64,000 nucleotides of DNA, from NCBI GenBank assembly GCA_051362555.1, contig CM120642.1:28210001-28274000 (forward strand), given 5' to 3'. The notes under the pieces are model-generated. The model was not told the origin of the DNA. It ran no database searches and was given only the letters and a program-made list of their open reading frames with translations. Numbering within the stretch: the first letter of the stretch is position 1; each line of letters begins with the position of its first letter. The stretch is from Lingula anatina. Lineage: Eukaryota; Animalia; Brachiopoda. Below, one piece after another: positions 14,501 to 28,373 of the stretch. A program made the position numbers and the translations under genes.

Positions 14501-16495
14501 TATGGCATGGGGTTCGGGGGGGTGACTACGCTTATTATATTTTTGGCTCCCAAAAAGTCAGAAAGCTGTGGACAGTCAGAAAAATCTAATCTCTGTACAC
14601 AGTGGTGAAATAGGGGTAATAATCACTGTCATTAAACTCAACTCTTTGCAAGTTTTTGACATGTTTTTTGTTATTCTGCCTTTTTATCTTCTGATAAAAT
14701 TTTTGTGGGTGTCTTGTGATCTTAATGCCTTATTGGTAACCAAGATCAAGTCTGAATAGTTGACAGTAGCCTCAGGTTAAGGAACAAACAGATCTATATT
14801 CAGAAGTCTCCCAGTTTCATCTCCGTATTAGTAATTTGTTGTATCATTTTACATCTACTCTGATACTAGGGAAAACAGGTACATGGGGGGGGGGGGGGGG
14901 GATACAACCACAAAGCAATGGTTCCATGATAAATAGAAACCCTTTTTTATTGTGTACAAGAAACTATATAATATAAAATGTCCACTTTTATGCAGCATTA
15001 GCAACAATTAAAATCAATATACTGGTACTAGTATGTCTCTGATCCCTGACCTCTGAGGTTTGATTAAAAGACCCAAGTACATTTGTTATTCACGCAGGAT
15101 CTTAATTTTACCATACATAATTGATCAGTAAGTCAGACACTCATGTCAGCATTCATTCAGCTTTAGTATGTCAAAATATAGATTTTTTTTCTTAAATGAT
15201 GTTTTATATGATCCATATCACAAAAAACTGATAATCTGGTAGCATTTCTCAAGAGACTTCTATAATGTAGTAGATTTAAATAGTTACTCTGTAGAATCCA
15301 AAACAGTGTTTAGAGAAGGAAGAAAGAAAGGAAGAAAGAAAACAGAGTGAGAAAGAAAGAGTTGTTTTGTCTCCACTAATAATAACTGTAGCACTGGTGC
15401 TACATCAATTAGATAGAGACAGAAAATCAATACTATGATATATAAAAAGGGCTACAAGGAAGACATCAAAATATCATTATAGCTAGTGCTGCACAAGCAC
15501 AGCTTATAACCAAATGCTCTGCTTCACACTATGGTTCAAATTCTAAAGCCATTCATTCATACATTAATTCAATCATTCATGAGCAATCCATCAATTCATT
15601 CCTTATTTGGTTCATTTATCTATTCATTACACAGGTTCACATTTTCTTACTATCAATAATCATTAGTTCAATTTATGAAATATCTAAAATGTGTATGTGG
15701 TAAAGCCCCTATAGTTGTTATGTGGGCTTGTGTTAACTTGGATACTCGGATTTAATATGCCGACTCACACCACCTTCTAAATTGGGGCATTGGTAATATT
15801 TGATAGTCAGCATCAAATCCGTACTTGGGTTTTTTTCGTGAATTTAAATATTGCAGGTTTTTCTTCTGATACATCTTTCTGACAGAGGGTCAAAATTTGT
15901 TCTACAATCTTTTAAATTTTCCCTGCATTGTTACAGCGTTATGGAGAGTGTTAGGAAACAACAATCAAAGGTTGGTTAGATAAAGAAAATAATGTTCACC
16001 CCAGGTAAATTTCAGCTTTTAGCAGGGAAAATTCTACAATCATTCACTGACAACAGACAAAGAATATACACAACGTACTGTACATCGCTAATTTAAGTAA
16101 GTATATATTAAATTGTTATTTAATTAAGAAAAAAGTATAAATATAAAAAACAAAACATTTTGTCAGAAAGATCAATGAGAAATGCTTATTCAACAACATT
16201 ATTGATTTCAATGTAATGCTTGGATATAGACCAGTATAATAATGATCCGATAACTGCGAGTGATTACCAAAGTGTAGTATTGATAATGAGCTATCGTTTC
16301 GTGACTACGGACAAAATGGTTTGTCCAACAAAAACACAATATTTTATGCACATCAAATCAAAATCAACAGATAATACATCTTTATCAATTCCCTTTCTTT
16401 CACTTACCCGATCTAAATCCCACGAAAAGGGCAAGAAACGGCATAAAAAGTAGTAGCATCGAAAGAAACACAACATTTTTCAGCCGGAAGCGCAT
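872..16495 (-). CDS. MGAT4: Alpha-1,3-mannosyl-glycoprotein 4-beta-N-acetylglucosaminyltransferase (GnT-IV, GT54), exons 1-11; the 3' exons lie left of the window
   Basis: Phase-consistent GT-AG exons: 16495-16408 ([29 protein letters not shown] signal anchor), 11712-11550 (coiled-coil stem), 9562-9405, 5621-5488 ([22 protein letters not shown]), 3909-3860, 3555-3442, 3041-2966 ([13 protein letters not shown]), 2592-2478 ([14 protein letters not shown]), 2114-1984 (KMFKS..KPIDWLL), 1685-1578 ([23 protein letters not shown]), 1065-872 ([12 protein letters not shown]). Confidence 0.95.
3567..3618. repeat. (ATATT)n microsatellite
   Basis: About 10 pentamer units next to the MGAT4 exon 6 acceptor. 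Confidence 0.9.
7071..7273. mobile_element. MITE family A copy (arms GGGACTCTCGCTGAATGCAATC / GATTGCATTCAGCGAGAGTCCC), diverged
   Basis: Internal inverted arms; homologous to the copies at about 25.1, 52.0, 58.4 and 62.0 kb. Confidence 0.7.
7281..7510. mobile_element. Short inverted-repeat element (MITE) adjacent to the family A copy
   Basis: The left end has gatttagatcgatc and the right end has gatcgatctaaaatc; TTA flanks both ends. Confidence 0.5.
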
Positions 16496-19136
16496 GTGGT
16501 TACTTCAAAAATTGGGAATGACAGTTCATCCGTTAACCGGAAAAGAAAATGCCCTCTCTTCGGATCATCTTTTTCATGTTAGAGCAAAGCATTACTGGTG
16601 TACTAAAAGCCGATTGGGTATGGATCTAGGACACGATAAAATATACATGGTTAAATACCATATTCCTTATTATCAATATCCTAGTCTAGCACTAGCAGAC
16701 AAAGGCGATATTTCTTTAGCTGCTAATCAAGCTAATTATCAAACTACGAGCAAGTCTGTGAGTGGAACTGTGACACGAGGCTATTTGTATGTTAAAAGCC
16801 TTACCAACGCAAAATTAAATTCGCCATAATTCGCAAATTTACGAGATAAATTTCATATTTAACGTCTCTCGCCCAACCAACTTGATTTTCAAAGGACAAT
16901 GGAAATCGCCTAATTAGTACTTGTGGAAAGGTGAATTTTCAGTGCCGTCATGGTGAACCACAAGGACCTCACATAAATGCCAGACGATAAAACAAAAAAG
17001 TAATTAAATTTTGTAAATTTCGGATGATATTTGTACCCTAGTCACAATTACGTGGGCGTCTTTTATTTGCTTAAACCACAATGATAACAATGAAATAAAA
17101 ATATAATTTTATAAAGAATTAACCAAGTCAATGAGTTTTAACTTTTAAATGAAAATCTGAATATTTCACCGAGTTTCCATTATTATAACGGTAATTTATC
17201 CTCTGTGAGGTTCGTTTCATTTTACTGTCAGTATTCAACCCTCATTAGGCAGAACTTGACCAAGGTAACGTAACAGGCCTAGGGCGCGTGACAATCACAC
17301 AAATTCAGGCCCTATCGCTGCTTAGGCTACACTATCGTGTGATGTACAAGGTAGGATATTAGGCTCTATTTACTCCGCAATTCCCGACCAATCAGATTCG
17401 AAAAATTTACTCAGAGACGTGTTAACGTTGATTGGCCATACACGATGCCATGGATGTGTTCTTGCACAGCATTTCGCATGATCGCATCTAAAGCAATTGG
17501 TCACTGAAAGTCTTGATCTGCAATGCTCGGTGAATGATCTGCGTCTCGGACCAGAAAATCGTTTTCCCTTTGATAACTTCAAAACATCATGTTTGTTTAA
17601 ATTTGCTTTTGACAATGAAAATATCCAAAAATATCCAAGCATCCATAAAACCATGATTTAAAAGGGTCGGATACAAGATTGCTTTGTTTTTATTCCCCCC
17701 CCCCCTTCCCTCTCCCCTCCTAAAATATAGAAGTCATTAAATTATAAAACCAATTTACAATTACAAAACCAAAATATTTACTTTATGTAAGATCGATGGC
17801 TGTGTTCAGAATAAAAGTTATCGTACTGGCAAAATCGATCTTTCTTGCGGCCTACTACATGTAGCCTAAAACACGTATAGGCCTACATAAGAGTTTTCCT
17901 GTGTCCAAAATACGTAAAATATTAAATAGATTTAAATTTAAATAAGTTAAAAAGACGCTGTATCTATTCACATTCGTTAGCTCATTATTGCTTCATAACA
18001 ACGGATCTTGGTCAATAACAGCAGTGTTGGTCTCCCTTTCAAAGTTAATAACCATCGTTTTTCAGCGAGAAACTGGCTCTCGGTGACACGCTTTTCCATT
18101 CAAAACTTGGCACACCTCATACGTTATGTTAGGGTCCTTTCCTTCCTTGACGCACTTATGTCATACTGTAAGTATGTTTTTACGTGCGTAAAACGTTATC
18201 TCTTTTAACCAGAAAGGTGAACGGAAGCGTGATTTTGTTTGGTCCATTGAACATATTGTTTAGCTTAGTATATCTCCCGAGGCCAGAATGATAAGTGAAA
18301 GTGGTAACAGCTAGGTTAGAAAATATCAATTACTCACAAAATACATCGGCACAAAACGGACATGCCTCACTTCAGATCGGATTATTTGGACATTGGTCGA
18401 TAAATAACCGTACGTATGTAATCTCTACCATTCACGTGGAGTAGACACACATCCTAACAATTAAGGTTTGAATCCGGCATTATTCAATTACCGACACTAG
18501 TAACAAAAGTTGATCAACGCATTTAGTTCACGGAATAAAACCCTGGTCTGGTGTTACCACTTTGGGATCTGGGCTATTCCATATAAATCAAAATGTTGAT
18601 TTTTGCAACGCAGACCTCTGGAACCCATCATTTTATTTCTAAGCATACAATGCCTATTCGTACAGCACACAGTATAGCCAAACAAAAAACAAAAAAGGAT
18701 TTTCCAGAAAAACTTACGGTATTTTCTTTTGTCGCCATTGTATGTCAAATCCAAAACTGCTGATACAATTACGTTCTACAAACTTGTTTTCGATTACCAG
18801 TAGCCTAAGTTTAACCCTCTTAAATGTATTTATCAACATTATGAGAATGACTCAAAAAATAAACACTAATTGAGAACTTAAACACGACTATGTAGACCGT
18901 AACTCTGGCTTTGGTTTACCTGGTTATATTAACTAACAAGCGTACATCTGTAGATATTTAAAGCAAGTGTTGGGGCCCAGCTCTGAATCGTGTTATTTTG
19001 GTAAAGTGGAATCTAACTAGGGCATGAGCCGACCACCCCCAACACAATTGTCATGCTATATTTGTTGTATAAGAACGTCTAACCCTTATCAAAAGCTAAA
19101 ACGATGGTGTAAGAGTTAAAGGCGGGCGTTCGAAGG

Positions 19137-20200
19137 GGGTTCTGCCACGTCTCAAAAAAAAGGGACGTCCTGCGTGTAACACAGACGATATCACCACTAC
19201 ACTATAGGATCTTCTTTGTTTAATCAATATATAAAAATGTTATAATAAAGATATAAATTGTGGAAATAAACTGGTCCTGCCAGGTTTCGAACCTGGGATC
19301 TTATGCGTGTAAAGCAGACGTGATGACCACTACACTACAGAACCCCATGTTTTAATTGTGATTATGGGTATTTGTAACTGAACAATAAGACTAGTACTAC
19401 TAATAATAAAGATTACAATAGTCCAGAATACAGGTTCTGCCACGTGTGTGTTACAATGGTTATGCAAGGGTTTGAACATGGCACCTTCTGCGTGTAAAGC
19501 AGTTGTAGTAACCAATGCACTTTAAAAGCCCGCATGTCATTTTTTTCATGCAGTCGACCGGTGACAATATACTTTTAAAAAAAGAACACACGCAATATGT
19601 GCAGCAAACTGACTTTAACTTGTTGACATTACTCATGAGCGGTAGATACCAAACCGCTAATAATAAAGATATCAATAGTCCAAAACGTTCCGCAAGAAAA
19701 CGCAGTAGATACTCCAGCGCAGTAGACTACTGCAATCATACTGCAAACATGCTTCAAATCTGCTTCGATTTGGGAGCTAATTAGCATATTTGAAACATGC
19801 TTCTATCATGCTGCTAATCTACTGCATTAATGCTCCTCTCTGTACAAACCTATGTACTTTTTGGAGTAGAATTGCAGTAGGCTATGCCGCATTTCTATTG
19901 CAAATATGCTCCACACCACTACTGCGTTAATGCTTTTTTGCTACTTCGATACTACTGCATTTTCGTGCGGGTTGGTTCTGACAGATTTCGAACCTGGATC
20001 CTTCTGTGTGTAAAGCAGACCGTGATGACCAGTATAAAACCCTTTTTCTATACAACATACATGGGTATTGAAGACTGAACAACGTGAATGTTAATGAGAA
20101 AGATAACAATAGTCCAAAATACTGGCTCTGCCAGATGTGTGTTAAAATGGTTCTGCAAGGTTTTGAAGCAGCTGTCATAAACCATACACTTCAAAAGCCT
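19137..20200 (-). pseudogene. Cluster of decayed tRNA-Val(TAC) copies within tandemly duplicated units
   Basis: Remnants at about 19137-19211, 19457-19531, 19973-20042 and 20148-20198. Spacer 19350-19475 is homologous to spacer 20060-20170. Confidence 0.75.
19272..19344 (-). tRNA. tRNA-Val(TAC), near-intact variant or young pseudogene
   Basis: 73 nt, with 3 differences from the 47135 copy: a C:T mismatch in the anticodon stem (TCTGC/GCATA), a T:G pair in the acceptor stem, and variable loop AGATC. A and B boxes are intact. Confidence 0.8.
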
Positions 20201-21143
20201 GCTTGTCACGGTTTATTCGTGCGTATGTGATTTCCACTTAACTATAGAAACCTGTTCGATAAAGTTTTATTCGTGCCATTAACATGACGATTGTTAAATG
20301 CACAAAATGTTCAGAATGTCCAGAACCTTACCTGTCAAAAGCATTCAAATTTAACAAAATTGCTATTAGTAAGAACCGAATGACTATTCTCCAAAACAGT
20401 AATCACTCAATACCAGTCTATCATGGTTAAAATGAACAGCACCACACCATCAATATCCACATTATGACGAATTGTAGCAGGACAAATGTACAAGGAAATG
20501 GATTTTAAATATAAAAATCGAGTCGCAACTTGTATTGGTATTGCAATCTTCAAAACATCACGTTGTGTGATGATCGATTCCAATCGGGATGGACGTTTTC
20601 TCAAGTGGTAAACTGTACTAAAGCCGCCCTTCGTGTGATTGAACTGTGATTAGAAACCAACCGTCTCAACGTTGATGATGAGGGTAGTCATTCCTCTACA
20701 GGTACGAAGAGTCCATTTCACATGCCGGATTCTGCAAAATACAATTGGTTTACACGCAGCAGATGAAGTTGTCGTATAGTAAGGCTGTAAACTGTTTCAC
20801 AGTCATTGTAAAAATCTATTTTGCTTAAAATCTCAACCTATACCTGAAACAGTCACTCCATATTTCTAACCAGTATTGACAGACCGTGGGTTAAAGCTTC
20901 CAATCTTTTTAAAAACCTTTTGCTTTTTACAGAACATAGATCCATTCTATTATTGGCAATCATTAAATTGGTTTACAGGGGCAAATTTTCCGATCCGATA
21001 TTATGCAGTAAGCGTCCGACTTGTACAACATGGTAACCTCCTAAAAACTATATTTTTCATTTATCTCCAAACTCAATTGATTAATTTAATCCAAATCTAA
21101 TCCGCCAAAAATATAATATTTATATGTGAAGTGTAAACAGTCA

Positions 21144-24100
21144 CTAACCGTTAACTTTAACATTATTCGCCACACCTTTACTTTGGGAAGTCTTTGGCTT
21201 TCTTTTTCTGCAGCACTGGATTATCTTGAAAATAATGTATTCACCGAATTCCATTAGGGTCAGTGTACTCATGCCAATAAACAATCCCAACTGTCCTCCT
21301 ATGTCACCTGAAATCGAGAGAAACCATTTCAAATGTTTTTTTAGTATATACATAAATCAAATGTTACATTTGTCTACATACAGTAGTGTAAATGCGTTTC
21401 CGTACAGACGGGTTCTAGCTTTGTATTAGTTATTGAATTTGTATACATGTATATTGTACAGCTAATGGTTTGAGCATATGAAGGAGTTCCTAAAATTATC
21501 TTTGAAAATCTATAGCTACGGTTCATTGCGCCTAAGAAAAATCAAATCCTATTGTTATTTGCACGTTTCCTCCATATTGGCTTTATTTTGTAGAAATATC
21601 AAAATAAAATACCAACTTACTGAGCAAACCAGATGGCGTCATCGCTGGGTTTTTCTTGGTCAGACGGTTGTTCAGATCTTCGTAATATATACTCAAACCG
21701 ACCAAATTTTCACTTAAAAACGAACAGAAAACACACATAACACATCTGGTCATAGCATAATCATTGACAAAGCACTTCACATCCAGTACACAGTACTGTG
21801 CCTACTTGTCAAACATGTGGCGGTACCTTTGGCATTACCCGATGCATTAATCTCTGATGTCACACAGCCACAAGTTCTCGTACTTAGTCCATTCACGCCA
21901 ATATCCAAATTTTATATGAGTGATATACTGGTACTTGTATTTATACTGTATATCCGTTATGTGTGATTTTAAAATGCTCTCGCGATTTATCAGTTTAATG
22001 CAATTATATATCAATGTTTTATTTAAAAATCGTACCTTGCATAATTTGCATTGGTTCCATACATAGTGGCCAGTTCTTGCGCCATGTAATAGTTTGGAAA
22101 CGGTGCGTAACTCACTGTTGGGGGGTATTCAATAATTTGACAGGCTTCTGGGCACCGAGCACCACACTCTTTTTGGAAATTGGAGGCAACTTTAACTGAA
22201 AACAAGGTTAACTGAAAATAAGCTGTGGCATGAACCGGCAAACTTACGGCAAAGCAACAGTAAAAGGCGGTCAGCTATGTGTTGTAAATTTAGATAACAC
22301 TTGCATGCGTGTATGCACATGTACGGCAGCATACACATATTGTGCCTATGCTGACTATATATGAACTCGGCTATAAACATGTATGTAATATACGTATGCC
22401 TTGTTTTAATATAGACGCATGATATGCTTATAAATACTATTACTTACAAATGGTAGGGTCTGCACAAAGCACTTGGTCAACGGGATTGCAATTAACTGCA
22501 TTGCCTGCAAGAATACATAGGACCCTTTGTGTAAATTAGGAACATATGGGATTGGATTTCAGGTTTTAACTAACGCAAAATCACTTTCACCATTTAGTTC
22601 ATACGTTGTTTTAAATGAGACAATAATACGGGTCAATATATTTTGTGTTATGAATGACAAATAAGACAAGCCATGAGAATCAAATGTTTCATACAGCTGA
22701 TAGTACCGAACAACAACCAGCTTAACATACAAAAGTCGGAGTTACCGACATTATTCTACAATCTCTTTACCCAAGGAACATTTTACCTTGAATGAGCTAA
22801 ATACTAAAATGCCATTCAGGATAATCTTATCAATCATAATTTAATCAAAATTACATGACTCAGTCATCAACTTTTTCGTTTCTAATACACATACTGTAGG
22901 TGTTCACGAATACATACCAGGATAGGCAAATGGCTTACATCCACATAATTCTAAGATTTTTTCTAGGTAGCATTCGACCTCACACCCACTTCTACTATAT
23001 CTGGAAAAGTGTTTAAGGGTTCGGTCGTTACTGCAATTCCCCCACGGATGAGCCAAATTCTGAAGCTGATAATAAATAGAAAATAACAAGTTAGCAAACA
23101 GTAGTGCACGTGCATCTGCATTTGGCACGCGTTTCATAAGGCACAGTAACAACAAAAGCACACAAACTGTTAGAAATACGACTGCGTCATTTAAAGTTGG
23201 AAACTGGCATATCATGCACAAAGCCGTCATTTTTTTCAACACCGTTTTGGATATGCTTAATCGTTATGGACGTACATGTCTTAAGATTCCAACCATTGGC
23301 TTACCTCATTTTGATGCATGCTCACTAAGGCGGCTGTACCGATACCTGCACCAAGACCGTGCTGTGCCACATTGGGTCTTTCGTACCAGCTATGTATTTG
23401 AAAGGCAATACCCACGCCCAGTGCGCCATTCAAATTTAAAAGTTCGGTGTATTCGGCCTGGAAATATTGTTTCATGGTCATATTCTTAATATTTATTGAC
23501 CGACTTTAGAGGCCGGCATGACAAAATAGTTTTAACTGGAAAATTGGTCTAGCTCAGTTCAAGATGAATATAGTTTGATCTGAAACATTATCACGTCTTT
23601 CCTGGCATAAAATGGGTGCATTCTTCAATTTATTGGCCCACAATTGATTTATATGGGATGAAAATAGGCTAGCTAGTAGACTCAAATTTTGGACATAAAT
23701 TTTAGAGCAATTTTTGGGGCAAAAGTTCTGTTGTAAAGGAGGTCTCTGTATCTAAATTCAATAATGGATAAAATAACGTTTCACTGTATGCTTGCCCAAC
23801 GGTACTTGAATATTGGAAGAAAAGAACCATATGCCATTGCCTTACAATTTTGGGCAACCGCCGAAATTCATAGGCAAGGAGACGAGGGCATAAGCCCCTT
23901 TAAGATTAACTATGAAATTAAGACGGCTAAATCTCAGAAAACCAGACTTTTAGTCAAAAATTTGGAATATTTGTGAAACGGGTGTCAGATTTACACTGTA
24001 GCGATCTTTTTGTTAAATTGGGCAAAATAGCATATCTGTAGTATTTGAAATATTCCATTATTCCCAGCAAATATATGCACAGACACATATGATTAAGTGA

Positions 24101-24776
24101 ATATAAAACAACGAATCTAAGCACCAACATAAATAAAAGTGTAACAGTATACTAGTGTGTATCTGTAAATAGACACAAAAAACTAGTATACTGATAACTG
24201 GTAACTTTTATTAATACATGTGTGCCAATTTTAAAGAAGAACGTGGTACAATACCTGCTGAATATCAAACAGTATATACAATCCTTGCTGTGACCCTGGT
24301 CTGGTTTGTTGAAGCGACAGACTGTCTTCATCATGATGAGAGTTGAACGTGTAACAGTTGCCATACTCTGATTGAAATACGTGGGTAAAATTCTGAAAAA
24401 GACCGACAGATATGTGCTTCATTCGTGTTATACAAATTTAATACGAAATATGTAGTAGCATAATCAAATGATTTAGATTGAAATATGTTTTGGTGTCTCT
24501 TGTGTAATAATGGCAGAAATTTTAACGTGCCCAAATAGAAAAAAAACGCGGCACGAGTTAAGAAACGATTGTTTATATTTCATACACAAGACGTCCATTT
24601 TTAATGTTATAACTATCTTTGCTTAAAAATAATTTAACATTTCGTTTCTATGGAACTTAAACAAACGTTTCCAAAGAAAACAAAAATTGGTGATATTGGT
24701 TACAAATCAATAATTAAATATTTGATAAAAAGGGGACTGAGACAAATACAAAAATGGAAAGAATGGGTTTAAACGG

Positions 24777-24856
<80 letters not shown>

Positions 24857-25713
24857 TTACTAACAAGAAGAATGTACCTCTGGAAAACACTGTTTCATTC
24901 GAAAGAGACATACTGGCATCGTTTCATTGTTGAGTTCCCAACCTATATTTCTAGTGAAATTCCCGAAGTCAAAACCTCCTAAAAAGAATATGTCTTGTAT
25001 GAAAATGTTTAAAATGTCAAAGTAAATTGATGTCTGCGGCTTATCAAAGGCCAATATAAGTCCCCATCTAGACACCATCGGACGACCCAACTCCGCAGGG
25101 ACTCTCGCTGACTGCAATCAGCTTCATTGAATGGCACGCCTCCTCCTAGCATTAAGTAGAATACAAAAAAGGCTTACGTTGGAATCAAGAGGAGGCATGT
25201 CATTCAGTTAAGCTGATTGCAATTAGCGAGAGTCCCCCGTAGACTGATGGTGTCTTTGAGAATGGGGTCGAAGGATATTTAGATAGACTGTGTGACATAA
25301 ATGAATAAATAAGTAGGATAAATATATTTATGTTTCAGAATGAAATAAAATATAGATAAATTGATAAATAAATAGACGGGCAAATTGGTGGATAGTTATT
25401 CGAAATTGACTAATTAATTGACTAATTTAACTGTCATTTAGCATGCTAGCATTCTTAAGAAATACAAGTAAAAATTACGCAGGATTAGTAAAAAAGAAAC
25501 AATTTATAAATATTTATACCTGGGTATGTTGCCGTTAGATTGGCCTCAAACCCTTCAAACGCTGCCCTTAATGCGGCTGTGGCTTCCGGATCATAATCTG
25601 CCTCAAAAGCATATTTCTCCGCCAGTTTAGAGTTAGCATAAATATACCAGTCTAACGCCGTCATGGCGGATCTTCTGTATCTTAAGTAGATAATTACACA
25701 AGTGATAAATAAA

Positions 25714-25744
<31 letters not shown>

Positions 25745-28373
25745 AAATAGGTATTAAGTTCAGACAACAATTATTCTAGTTATGGCCATGGTTTGATGAC
25801 GAATCGCTTTTCAAAAGGTAGAGAAGCGATTTAATATTATAACTCGAATTTCATGACTTATATTACAAAGATCACTTCCTAAACCAGCAGGATGACATGC
25901 GCTATTGACATTCTAATTTTTTAATGGTGATGGATAACTTGTACAGTTTTAACTGTTAAAACAATATCTTAGATCATTCTACTATTCCAAAAGTATGAAG
26001 ATATGTGCATACGGCACAATGGGCAGACCAGTCACAGGTATTTTATATATATTATGACCAGTCTAGTCATCCACCCGCATTGATATTGATAAAATAAATT
26101 ATATATCTAAAATAAATAGGCCTACATTATGAAGCATATTTTGTCGATAGTTATATAAGCGACAGAGAAATGAACTTACAGCTCAACCTCAACCTATTGT
26201 TGCTGCCTCAAACATCAATTAAACCCTGTCTATTAATTAATTTATGTTCTTTGCAGGATTTGTTGTATTTGCACTTACGTATCCAGGAACTTGTACAAGG
26301 ACAGCTTTAATTAATGCTATTTGCCATCATTGACGATTTTTCACTCTGTTTAGATACCAGTGTTTCGTCGAAGCGAGCGTTTCTTCTCTTTTTCTATATA
26401 TAGTGAAATATAAATTATTGAAAACAAGAGGTGTATTAATAAACGAATGGGTAATATTTTTATCTAGTGTAAAAATTCAGTTTTAAATCAGGTCAAATCA
26501 GGGAAATGTACATCAACCGATTTTTGTTAACTGTTTCATTCAAATTCATTTTTTAGAGTTTCTTCTAAAATTGATTATTTATACAATCTCCTCATACTCT
26601 GAAAGTTGAATACTTTTTTTTAACTATTTCAGATTAACATCTTTATTTCGTGTTCAAAATGTAAAGAGAAATCGTACAAATCTTACTTGGGCTTTGGCAA
26701 AAATAAAAGCAGTTCTACAACCTAATCAGCCTATATTTTGTGTTGGTTTAATAATAAACCTTTTACTAATCAGGACGGAAGGGACACAGAAGACTGTTCG
26801 TCCTGATTTAATTCAGTAAAAATGTGTTGACTAAATAAAGCGACTCGAGATCCGGGTACAAATATATAGAGACAATTGAGCTCAATGTCAATATTTCACC
26901 AGTTAAGAACAGCCATCATCAGTTTCAGAGTACTTAAAGTCCAATAAAAGCTCTAACGAATTAAAAACAAAATGCAGAATCGATGGGTTACAATGTCAAT
27001 ATTGTGTCACTTTGGCTTGAATGAACGTGTAATTTAATCAAACTCAAGTGGAAAGGAGAGCCTAAAATAGAAGAGCCTACCTATTAAACAACCCTTAGCA
27101 CATAAAATGTCTGGGTATGACAATCAAGGAATCTCCCCTCCCCCCTTTTGCTTTCCTCACTGGTACACGCACGCACGCACGCGCGTTTTGAAAGCTTTTT
27201 TGATATTAATATGAATGAAAGTAACCGAAGGCATCGTTTTTTTTTTTTTCACATTATATTAACACATGTGAATAGGTCTTTTAACATCACTTGTCATATT
27301 CAAGCTACTTAGGGTACGTAAAACTGGATGTCTCGTCCCGAGTCCGTTAGAAATTTACAGGTGAGGGTAAGTGTGACATGAGTAGTCCAAAACCAGGACT
27401 GGGCTCATATGTATTATACAATTATATAAGAACAGGATTCTCTGTCATGGGGGTTACTTTAGTAAGTGATACCGTTACAGCTATAAAGTTAAAATATAAC
27501 GCTCGACGGTGAAAATGTCTTTAGTTTTGAATAACTGCCTACATAATTTATGACTCTTTCGGTATCATTTTGCCACTGAATCAATTCTGATATGCTGTGA
27601 AATAAATATCATTTCCCAAAATGCAGCTGTGTAATATTATTCTTATTTAAACAACAGTCATTAATACTGTCGGTATGTTTACCTTTCTTATAGAAAGATT
27701 TGTGATCAAGAACAATTCTCTTGTTCAAACAGAATGCACTAGAGGTTTTTATTCAGTCGCATGATTGTAAATACAAAGAGTAGTTACTATACGCATTGCC
27801 ATACTTGTGTGTTTTGTTTAAACATGACCCATATAATATTGACTTACCTGTGCGAGCATATACCAAGATTAGTGGACTGTCACGTACATTTTATGATTAC
27901 AAGCTTACCATTGTAATCACAATGTATATCTTTCAAACTCATTAAGGAAAATATTTATTACACCTTGATTGTTGGTCGCCATACTATCGGAGAAAAAAAT
28001 GAGAGCGTGACGACGAAAATGAACGTACTTCTTGGTCGGCAAGAGATTATGAACTACTTTTTAGGCTAACACAACCCTCATAGACTATCGGTTACATACA
28101 GCACACTTACTTGTTAAAATTGCAAAACGTCACCGCGGGAAACTCGAGCGCATATTTCTCTTCCACTCTGATTTCTGTGCTTGTCTCGTACTTAAAATAA
28201 ACTTCAATCCGACTGGAAATCATCCAGGTGGTCATCCCAAATCCCCAGAGAATGGCCACTGTCCAGAACGCCCGATGAGGCCATTTCTTAGCAACGGCCA
28301 GGCGGTTAAAGCCATGGCAGGTGGTACCGGATGCAAATTCTGTCTCAAGAGACTCGCCTTCTCCTTTTCCCAT
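21144..28373 (-). CDS. DEG/ENaC family sodium channel subunit (ASIC/BASIC-like), 10 exons, 478 aa
   Basis: Exons 28373-28111, 25680-25520, 24978-24878, 24392-24255, 23457-23305, 23065-22918, 22504-22448, 22195-22036, 21712-21621 and 21307-21144 total 1437 nt with all phases consistent. Motifs: N-terminal TTCHG, TM1, FPAVTFCNFN, YGNCYTFN, Cys-rich thumb (CEVEC..CGC..CPEAC), TM2 SDIGGQLGLFIGMS. Confidence 0.95.
25059..25269. mobile_element. MITE family A copy in DEG/ENaC intron 2
   Basis: Inverted arms gacaccatc..gggactctcgctgactgcaatcagctt / aagctgattgcaattagcgagagtccc..gatggtgtc. Confidence 0.75.

Noticed and set aside
17380-17440. Opposed CCAAT boxes upstream of MGAT4 suggesting a bidirectional promoter
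   Set aside because: Short motifs expected by chance; no TSS evidence and no partner gene identified at 17.5-19 kb.
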